A stretch of 64,000 nt of DNA, taken from assembly GCA_049322915.1 (NCBI GenBank), contig JBMOPW010000034.1, positions 456,567-520,566 of the forward strand, in the 5' to 3' direction. Position 1 is the stretch's first letter, and every line of letters starts with the position of its first letter. The stretch is from Candidatus Zhuqueibacterota bacterium. GTDB lineage: Bacteria > Zhuqueibacterota > Zhuqueibacteria > Thermofontimicrobiales > Thermofontimicrobiaceae. The notes beneath the pieces were generated by a model. The model was not told the origin of the DNA, ran no database searches, and saw nothing but the letters and a program-made list of their open reading frames with translations. The position numbers were made by a program, and so were the translations under genes. Shown here piece after piece: positions 56,506-64,000 of the stretch.

Positions 56506-59121
56506 TTATACGTTCAGAGGGGTTGCTTTCACTTCGCCGAATTGAATCAACAGATCCTGGCGATGGACCTTGCAGAGCGCAACTTCCTCTTCACGCAGTG
56601 ATAACATTGCCTCGAGAATTTCAGAAACACGAGCCGTCTTGCCCTCAATGAATGACAGCGACAGGCACAGTCGATTTTCCCCCTCATCGAAACAGATTTT
56701 TTCGATGAAGGGCCGAATGTCCACTGACTGATTATCGTTGCCGCGATCGCGCAGCACAACAATCTGCTCCTGTTTCAAAAAGTCGGCAATTTTTTGGTTA
56801 AGATAGGATTGGTCAAATTTTTTCCCTGGTATGATTTCGTATTCCGCCCGGTTAATGATGGATGCCAAAGAACGCGCTTTACCGAATAACTCCCTGCTGT
56901 CCAAAATTCGCAATCCATCTGGCAGGTTTAAATTTAAACTGGTCACTATGTCATAACTCTTGTCTCGAAAATATTGCACATCCATATACTCTGCACTGCT
57001 GGTATAGCCCATGCCCAGCGGCGGGCCGTAGGCAATTCGCGGATGAGGATGAAATCCCTGGGAATAGACAAGCTTTATTCCCGCGCGCCTGAAGGTGCGT
57101 TCAAAGATTCGGATCAAATCCAGATGCGACGTAAAGCGCATGGGATCCATTTTTTCGTACTTCAACCGCACCATGCGGGGCACTGGTTCCTCCACCTGCT
57201 TCACGCGCTTCCGCGTTCGGCCGTACAGGTCTTCGGAGAGGCCATCCGAATTCTCATCCGTTGCCAGAGTTTTCAGAGGCTTTCGTTGATGGAGAATATC
57301 CTGACACACCGGCTGCGACATCATTCCGCATGCATTGCACTCTGTTTGACGGCAATCAAACGTTGGCTGCCCTTCCATCGCCAATCGATGTTGGCGTTGG
57401 AGATATTGTTTCGTCACGCCTTTGGAGATGTGATCCCAGGGCATAACTTCATCCAGTCGCCGCTCCCGCGTATAATTCTCGGGATTGACGGCATTGTATT
57501 TGAACGCTTGTTGCCAGATTCCAAACTTGAATTTGTCGCTCCAGGCATCGAATTTTGCCCCCAGCTTCCACGCTGAAAAGATGACTTTGCACAGGCTTCT
57601 GTCGCCGCGCGCAATGACTGCTTCGATGAACGAGACCTCCGGTTCACGCCAATTGAATTTAATCCGCCCATTGGACAGCCTGTCTTTCAAATAAAAGATC
57701 TTGTCTTTTAACGTCGATACCGGGCTTTGCGCCACCCATTGAAATGGCGTATGGGGCTTGGGAGAAAACGGCGATATGGAGACGGTGATCGATTTGCCGC
57801 GATAGGCATGGCTCAACTTCAATACGCCGTGCAGCAGATTGATGATGCCGTCCAGATCCGTCTGTGTTTCGCCGGGCAGGTCGATCATGAAATACAACTT
57901 AACCTTTTCCCACCCTTCATCAAAAGCAATCTTCACCGCCCGAAGCAGATCCTCGTCACGATTGTTTTTATTGATCACGTTCCGCAACCGTTCGGTCCCG
58001 GCTTCCGGCGCCAGCGTCAGGCCTGATTTTTTCACCTTTTTGGCGTACTTCGCCATCTCCGCTGTGAACGATTCCGTCCGCAACGATGGAAAGGACACAT
58101 TGACCATCATCGGCTCCAGCACTCGAGAGAGGCGATTCATCAGAGCGACCAGATCGCTGTAATCAGACGTGGACAACGAGGCCAGTGAGATTTCATCGTA
58201 TCCGGTGTTCCGAATGACGGCCTGTACCTGCTCGACGATTTCGTTCACCGTCCTTTCTCTGACCGGGCGATAGATCATTCCAGCGTTGCAGAAGCGGCAA
58301 CCCTGGGTGCAACCGCGCATTATTTCCACAGAATAGCGATCGTGCGTGGCTTCAGTGAGGGATACCAGAGGTTTGTGAGGGTAATATTCGGGTTTCAGTC
58401 GCTCAATGGTTTGAGCGACAATTTCGTCAGGCGCCTCCTTTACGTTTTTTGAGAGAAATCCTGTTCCCGCTTTTCCGCTTCGCTGCAGGGTGTACAATTT
58501 GGGAACGTAAATTCCGGGCAATCGGGAGAGTTGATCCAGGAGGTCCTTTCTTGTCCCTCCTTTTTCTTTCCTTTCTTTGACAAGGTGCAGAATCTCCTTG
58601 ACAATCTCTTCCCCATCGCCAATGACAAAAGCATCCATAAAATCAGCCAATGGCTCAGGGTTAAACGCGCATGGGCCACCGGCAATTACCAGGGGTGTAT
58701 GATCATTTCGATCCCGTGAGTAAATTGGTATTCCACCAAGATCCAAAATATTGAGCACGTTGGTATAATGCAATTCATATTGCAACGTAAACCCAAGTAT
58801 ATCAAAAGATGATAAGGGCTGTTTTGTTTCAAGGGAAAAAAGGGGGAGTTGGGATGATCGGAGTCTTTCTTCCAAATCCTCGGCCGGCGCGTACACGCGC
58901 TCAGCCACAACGTTTTTCATCGAATTGAGGACATGATACAATATTTCAAAACCAACGTGGGACATGCCAATCTCATAGAGATCAGGAAAAATCAATGCAA
59001 ATGTCACTTCACATTTTGACCAATCCTTTTTAATTACGTTTAATTCATTTCCTGTGTATCTCCCCGGCTTGTTCACCAGCGGGAAAATGTGATCATACAG
59101 TTTTTGTTCAAGTTCTGTCAT
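56506..59121 (-). CDS. TIGR03960 radical SAM protein fused to TIGR03936 radical SAM-linked domain
   Basis: FPDLYEIGMSH; RGCTQGCRFC; APEAGTERLR; C-terminal RFTSHLDL...YSQGFHPHPRI. Confidence 0.92.
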   Translation of the reverse strand: MTELEQKLYDHIFPLVNKPGRYTGNELNVIKKDWSKCEVTFALIFPDLYEIGMSHVGFEILYHVLNSMKNVVAERVYAPAEDLEERLRSSQLPLFSLETKQPLSSFDILGFTLQYELHYTNVLNILDLGGIPIYSRDRNDHTPLVIAGGPCAFNPEPLADFMDAFVIGDGEEIVKEILHLVKERKEKGGTRKDLLDQLSRLPGIYVPKLYTLQRSGKAGTGFLSKNVKEAPDEIVAQTIERLKPEYYPHKPLVSLTEATHDRYSVEIMRGCTQGCRFCNAGMIYRPVRERTVNEIVEQVQAVIRNTGYDEISLASLSTSDYSDLVALMNRLSRVLEPMMVNVSFPSLRTESFTAEMAKYAKKVKKSGLTLAPEAGTERLRNVINKNNRDEDLLRAVKIAFDEGWEKVKLYFMIDLPGETQTDLDGIINLLHGVLKLSHAYRGKSITVSISPFSPKPHTPFQWVAQSPVSTLKDKIFYLKDRLSNGRIKFNWREPEVSFIEAVIARGDRSLCKVIFSAWKLGAKFDAWSDKFKFGIWQQAFKYNAVNPENYTRERRLDEVMPWDHISKGVTKQYLQRQHRLAMEGQPTFDCRQTECNACGMMSQPVCQDILHQRKPLKTLATDENSDGLSEDLYGRTRKRVKQVEEPVPRMVRLKYEKMDPMRFTSHLDLIRIFERTFRRAGIKLVYSQGFHPHPRIAYGPPLGMGYTSSAEYMDVQYFRDKSYDIVTSLNLNLPDGLRILDSRELFGKARSLASIINRAEYEIIPGKKFDQSYLNQKIADFLKQEQIVVLRDRGNDNQSVDIRPFIEKICFDEGENRLCLSLSFIEGKTARVSEILEAMLSLREEEVALCKVHRQDLLIQFGEVKATPLNV

Positions 59122-59497
59122 TAATTAATTATAGAAAATTCCAATACAAGCATTCGAGTTTATTAATTCCCGGCTAATGTCGCCTGGCGCACTTTGCCCC
59201 CCGACTACCGCTTCGGCGCATCAACGAGTTCTGATAATTTCACTTCAAAAAAAATCTGACTATTCAACGTGTTGGAAAATTAAAAGTTCCTGTTCGATAA
59301 AAAAAGCCTGGTTCCGCGCAATTTTCAGGTGTATTCACAGAGTAACGCGAGTTCAAACATTTGCCCGATTGCATCCTGTCACGCTGGCCATAATCGGACT
59401 CGGTTTCAAACGACAAATCGGGCAGTGCGATTTTCTGCCCGATTTTCAGATTACGATGCATCGACCAGGGATTCAATCTGTCATCGTCCAATCGGCA

Positions 59498-60931
59498 TCA
59501 GGCATAGTGTTCCCGAATGAAGCGGGCGCCTTCTTGGATGGCCTTGACATTGACATCGACCAAATTTTTCTTTTTCAGATTCGCCGTGATGCTGTGGGTC
59601 ATCGCTTTCAGATCGAAAACCTTGCTGTATTCCAGATAGGCGCCAAGACAGACCATATTGGCAACGCGCGTGTTTCCCAGATTGGAAGCCATTTCGGTCA
59701 GCGGAATGTACAGCACGCGCACATCCGTGCGGTTCACTTTTCTGTCAACAATCGAAGAATTGATAATGATCAATCCGTCTTTGGTAACACTATCTTCAAA
59801 CGCATCCAGCGACGGGCCGTTCATGGCGATGAGCACATTGGGATTGGTTGTCAGCGGCGAGCCAATTCGTTTGTTGGAAAGAATCACGCTGCAATTTGCT
59901 GTGCCTCCGCGCATCTCCGGGCCGTACGATGGTATCCAGCTCACCTGGAGATTTTCATCCATTGCCGAAGCCGCCAATATCACGCCGGCCGTGAGCACGC
60001 CCTGGCCGCCGAATCCGGCTATCTTCAGATTCTGCTCCGGGAATTTCGAGAGAAAATCCGAGTTGGCTTTCCTGACTTCTCCTTTATCGGACAGGTTCAA
60101 TACTTCAAGCACTTCTTTGTCAGAATATTCTTTGTGTACGACTTTCAGCGGTTCGGCCTGCTCCGAATTATCCTTGAATACCTGGACCGGGAAATACGGC
60201 ATCATTTTATCTTTGATCCACTTCTGGGATTCCACCGGTGTCACTTTCCAGCCGGTCGGGCAAGGCGACAGGACTTCCACGAACGAAAAGCCTTTGTTCT
60301 CAATCTGATTTTGAATCGCTTTCCGAATGGCCTTCCGCGTGCGGTTAATTGTCTTGTAGTCGATCATTGCCGTCCGTTCCACGTAGACCGGCGCTTCCAG
60401 GGTGCTGATGATTTCGCACATCCGAATGGGGAATCCCTCATTGGAAGCGGAGCGGCCATAGGGGCTGGTGCTGGTTCGCTGACCAATCAATGTCGTGGGA
60501 GCCATCTGTCCGCCGGTCATCCCGTAAATGGCATTGTTGACAAAAATGACTGTGATTTTCTCCCCTCGGTTCGCGGCGTTGATGATTTCAGCGCCGCCGA
60601 TTGCCGCCAAATCGCCATCGCCCTGATACGAGATAACGATGCTCTCCGGATTCCCCCGTTTGAGGCCGGTCGCTACCGCCGGCGCCCGACCATGCGCCGC
60701 CTGCACATTCCCGACATCGAAATAATAGTAGGCAAATACCGAGCAGCCGACCGGTGAGACAAGGATCGTACGGTCGCTGATACCAAAATCATCCAGCGCT
60801 TCGGCCAGAATTTTATGGATGTTCCCGTGTCCGCAGCCGGGACAATAGTGGGTCGTCTCCATATTCGTTTTACCCTTGCGCTCGAATTTATCATAAAAGG
60901 CTTTTGGCTTCTGCAATACGTTCGCCTTCAT
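59498..60931 (-). CDS. 2-oxoacid:ferredoxin oxidoreductase beta-gamma fusion subunit
   Basis: YCPGCGHG, HGRAPA, GDGDLAAIG...NNAIYGMTGGQ (TPP binding); AGFGGQGV, PSYGPEMRGGTANC. Confidence 0.93.
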   Translation of the reverse strand: MKANVLQKPKAFYDKFERKGKTNMETTHYCPGCGHGNIHKILAEALDDFGISDRTILVSPVGCSVFAYYYFDVGNVQAAHGRAPAVATGLKRGNPESIVISYQGDGDLAAIGGAEIINAANRGEKITVIFVNNAIYGMTGGQMAPTTLIGQRTSTSPYGRSASNEGFPIRMCEIISTLEAPVYVERTAMIDYKTINRTRKAIRKAIQNQIENKGFSFVEVLSPCPTGWKVTPVESQKWIKDKMMPYFPVQVFKDNSEQAEPLKVVHKEYSDKEVLEVLNLSDKGEVRKANSDFLSKFPEQNLKIAGFGGQGVLTAGVILAASAMDENLQVSWIPSYGPEMRGGTANCSVILSNKRIGSPLTTNPNVLIAMNGPSLDAFEDSVTKDGLIIINSSIVDRKVNRTDVRVLYIPLTEMASNLGNTRVANMVCLGAYLEYSKVFDLKAMTHSITANLKKKNLVDVNVKAIQEGARFIREHYA

Positions 60932-60995
60932 AACAGCTCCTCTATTTCAAAATGGTTCGAATTGTTCAATTGATTTGATCATAAAATCAGCCCGA

Positions 60996-62045
60996 TTAAA
61001 TGTATTTTCTGGCTTGATCCGTCAGTTCTTCCACCGATGGAATGGCGCCGCCCATTCGCGAGTAAAAGACCACCTCGCTGGCGCCATTGAGGGCCAGGCG
61101 AACATCATCGATCATTTGCCCATTGCTCAATTCCACGACCAGGAATTTTTTGGCGAGCGTGCCCAGTTCTTTGATCTGCCTGGATGGGAATGGGAACAGC
61201 GTGATTGGCCGGAACAGGCCGACCTTTTTACCTTCGGCGCGAAGCGTTGACACCACATTTTGAAGCAGTCTGGAAACAATCCCGTATCCCACGAGGATCA
61301 ATTCAACATCATCGGTGAGCATGGTTTCGTAGCGAACTTCGTTGCGTTCCATGGTGTGATATTTTTCCTGCAGCATTTGATTATGCCGCTCCAGCAAGTC
61401 CGTGTTCATCAGAATGGAGGTAACGAGATTCTTCTTGCTGCTGGCGTCTCCGTACACGGCCCAATCGTGGCGCTGGATTTTTTTGCGCTTGTCCGGAAAT
61501 TCGACCGGCTCCATCATCTGCCCGATGTAGGCGTCGGTGAGCACAATGGCCGGGTTGCGGTATTTCTCCGCCAGGTCAAAGGCCAGCATGGTGAGATCGC
61601 ACATCTCCTGGGCTGAATTCGGCGCCAGGACAATCACGCGATAATTACCGTGACCGCCGCCTTTGACGATCTGGTTGTAATCGCTCTGCTCCGGCCAGAT
61701 ATTTCCAAGCCCCGGGCCGGCGCGCATCACGTCCACAATCACGCACGGCAGTTCTGAACCGGCGCAATACGATATTCCTTCCTGTTTTAAACTTAATCCC
61801 GGTCCGGAAGATGCGGTCATCGTCCTTCTCCCGGCGGATGATGCGCCGTACACCATGTTGATGGAAGCGACTTCGCTCTCCGCCTGTACGAACGTTCCTC
61901 CCATCATGGGGAAATAAAAGGCAGCCGCTTCCGCGATTTCACTGGCTGGCGTGATAGGATAGCCAAAGTAATGAGTGCACCCCGCAAGCAATGCGCCTTT
62001 CACGACAGCTTCATTGCCCTTGATCAGTTCCTTTTGCATGGTCAT
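60996..62045 (-). CDS. vorB: 2-oxoisovalerate/2-oxoacid:ferredoxin oxidoreductase alpha subunit
   Basis: [42 protein letters not shown]. Confidence 0.9.
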   Translation of the reverse strand: MTMQKELIKGNEAVVKGALLAGCTHYFGYPITPASEIAEAAAFYFPMMGGTFVQAESEVASINMVYGASSAGRRTMTASSGPGLSLKQEGISYCAGSELPCVIVDVMRAGPGLGNIWPEQSDYNQIVKGGGHGNYRVIVLAPNSAQEMCDLTMLAFDLAEKYRNPAIVLTDAYIGQMMEPVEFPDKRKKIQRHDWAVYGDASSKKNLVTSILMNTDLLERHNQMLQEKYHTMERNEVRYETMLTDDVELILVGYGIVSRLLQNVVSTLRAEGKKVGLFRPITLFPFPSRQIKELGTLAKKFLVVELSNGQMIDDVRLALNGASEVVFYSRMGGAIPSVEELTDQARKYI

Positions 62046-62293
62046 TCTCCCTTCGCTTTCTTGTACACTTTGATAGCGCCAGGTTCAGGGCAACAATAGA
62101 AGCAGATACCGCATCCAGTGCAGCCAGTCCCTTTGTACTTCGCATATTTATATCCAAGCTCATTAAAACTGTTTGAAAACTCAATCACATCCTGAGGACA
62201 ATGCTCAATGCAAAGGCCGCATCCTTTGCACAGATACGTAACAACCTCCATGCTGGGTAACTCGAACTCAACCTCTACGACAGAATCGCGCAT
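62042..62293 (-). CDS. 2x[4Fe-4S] ferredoxin (delta) subunit
   Basis: [12 protein letters not shown] and [23 protein letters not shown]; overlaps the vorB start. Confidence 0.92.
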   Translation of the reverse strand: MRDSVVEVEFELPSMEVVTYLCKGCGLCIEHCPQDVIEFSNSFNELGYKYAKYKGTGCTGCGICFYCCPEPGAIKVYKKAKGE

Positions 62294-62894
62294 GAATTGC
62301 CTCCTTAATATCATTCAACTTTTTTGTATTTTTTTAAAATCTTCTTTGGCAATTTATTACTTTTTCATTATATGATAATTGATTTATAAGTTTTATTATA
62401 ATGATTTTTTTTATATTTTGCAAGGATTTTTTCCAGTATATCCGGGGCAGCATACGCATCTCCTGTCGCCTCGCCGCCCTATTTCATGGCACTGATGCAA
62501 TGGGGCTGTCAGGCAGGGCAATCAAACCCTGCCCGAATTGCACCGGCGCATCTTCGTCTGTTCCGTGAGAATTTATTGAACAAGCCATGAAATAATTTTC
62601 ATTTTCTCCTTGACTCATGAGATTTTTTTTCATAAGTTATCACGGCTTAAAAATTCGAATCGCGCCACGGCAACCCTGGCCCGGGACTACATTATAATCA
62701 GCCCCGATGCGAATATGCCGCAGTGCGCATGTTTCTCCACGCAATCTGTCCGGCAGGACAGGTTGACATTTGAAATCTTACTCGATTTTAGTTTCAGCAT
62801 GTTTTGACCCCAGTCCAGTTTTAGCATGATAGCAGCGAACATAAACAGGTAGCAGTTTCCCAAATTCATTATTCACGTTAACTGTGGAGCGGAT

Positions 62895-64000
62895 ATGGTT
62901 AAACGTATCTTCGCCCTGATTTTATTCTGCTTAATCCTGGTATTGCCCTCTGTCTTTTTCTCTCAAACTTCACAAATCCACCATACCCGACGTCAGCAAA
63001 TTCTTCACACCATGCCTCAGAACAGCGTCATGATCCTGCAAACCCCGACCCGCGGGCATCGTTTTGGCTATGGATTTCAGCAGGACAGCGATCTCTATTA
63101 CCTGACAGGGCTGAACACCAGCGGCATCATTTTGATCCTGTCCAAAAATGGGATCAGCATCCCTGAAAAACAGGCGCCCATTCACGAAATACTGGTCACC
63201 GAGCCGGTCGGGCTGTCGCTGGCCATGCGCGCGGATTATTATCGCGCGACCGAGGACAGTCTCCGATACGATCTGGTGTGCGGCCGGAAGGATCTCCGCA
63301 AAATTTTAGACCAGACGCACCCGCTGGAAACGCTTTACACCGAAGTAATTTCGACAAATCAAAAAGAGGGCGCATCGATTCTGGAGAAACGGCTCATTGA
63401 ACTGGCGGACAAATCGCCGAATTTGGCCATCCTCTCCCCGTCCGCGCTGACAGCGCCGCTGCGACGCGTGAAGGATGAACTGGAGCTTTCTGCCATGCAG
63501 CGAGCGATCGACATCACCCTCGACGCCCAGAGAGAAGCGTTCAAATCCATGGCGCCGGGGCTGTACGAATACCAGATCGAAGCGGTGATTGAATACATTT
63601 TCAAGTTCAACGGTTCGCACCAGCTTGCCTTTGACACCATCATCGGCGCCGGCCCCAACAGCCTGGATCTCCATTACAGCGATGGGCTGCGGAAAATGCA
63701 ATCCGGCGACATGGTCGTCATGGACATCGGTTGCGAGTACCAGCACTACTGCGCGGACATCACCCGCACCATTCCGACCAACGGTATTTTCACGCCGGAG
63801 CAAAAAGAGATTTACACTATTGTGCTGGAGTGCCAGCAGGCGGTCATCGCCATGCTGAAACCGGGGGTGACGCTGGCGCAGATGGATTCCACGGTAATAG
63901 CTGTGGCGACGAAACACGGTTTTGAAAAATATATCCGCCACGGCTGCACCCACTACCTCGGATTGGATGTTCACGACGTGGGCGATACTCGCCAGCCGCT
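62895..64000 (+). CDS. Secreted aminopeptidase P (M24B), truncated by the window end and absent from the ORF track
   Basis: Manual translation: MVKRIFALILFCLILVL..., FQQDSDLYYLTG, RRVKDELEL, LHY, DIGCEYQHYCADITRT, HGCTHYLGLDVHDVG; GGAG RBS. Confidence 0.9.
   Translation, partial: MVKRIFALILFCLILVLPSVFFSQTSQIHHTRRQQILHTMPQNSVMILQTPTRGHRFGYGFQQDSDLYYLTGLNTSGIILILSKNGISIPEKQAPIHEILVTEPVGLSLAMRADYYRATEDSLRYDLVCGRKDLRKILDQTHPLETLYTEVISTNQKEGASILEKRLIELADKSPNLAILSPSALTAPLRRVKDELELSAMQRAIDITLDAQREAFKSMAPGLYEYQIEAVIEYIFKFNGSHQLAFDTIIGAGPNSLDLHYSDGLRKMQSGDMVVMDIGCEYQHYCADITRTIPTNGIFTPEQKEIYTIVLECQQAVIAMLKPGVTLAQMDSTVIAVATKHGFEKYIRHGCTHYLGLDVHDVGDTRQP

Noticed and set aside
59177..60757. 526-aa plus-strand ORF
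   Set aside because: Antisense shadow of the clearly recognisable oxidoreductase beta-gamma gene; no motifs of its own

Overview
Mostly core-genome DNA of a diderm, probably anaerobic bacterium. Secreted proteins with C-terminal 'NYPNPFN' FlgD-Ig/T9SS-like domains, a GWxTD protein, a DUF5916 protein and a fused FtcD suggest FCB-associated lineages such as KSB1/Calditrichota (inference only). About 45 credible CDSs: housekeeping genes (htpG, mdh, rplU-rpmA, RNase E/G, TIGR03960/03936 radical SAM, vorB-type oxidoreductase operon, mtgA, ThyA-like), transporters and several signalling modules. No rRNA, tRNA, CRISPR array or transposase was seen. Highlights: (1) an AT-rich two-gene island at 34.3-38.2 kb coupling a Ppl/TrlF-like PHP-ABC ATPase to a Schlafen(AlbA_2)-HATPase_c_4 protein, a candidate two-component defence system; (2) a 584-bp element at 7215-7798 with 16-bp terminal inverted repeats and a perfect 8-bp target-site duplication, whose only gene is a GxxExxY PD-(D/E)XK nuclease; (3) further MITE-like elements carrying REP-type hairpins; (4) an FHA-GGDEF + Ser/Thr kinase-PEGA operon; (5) a POT-family transporter with a ~360-aa insertion, preceded by a long structured RNA candidate. 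All calls come from visual motif recognition; no database searches were run.
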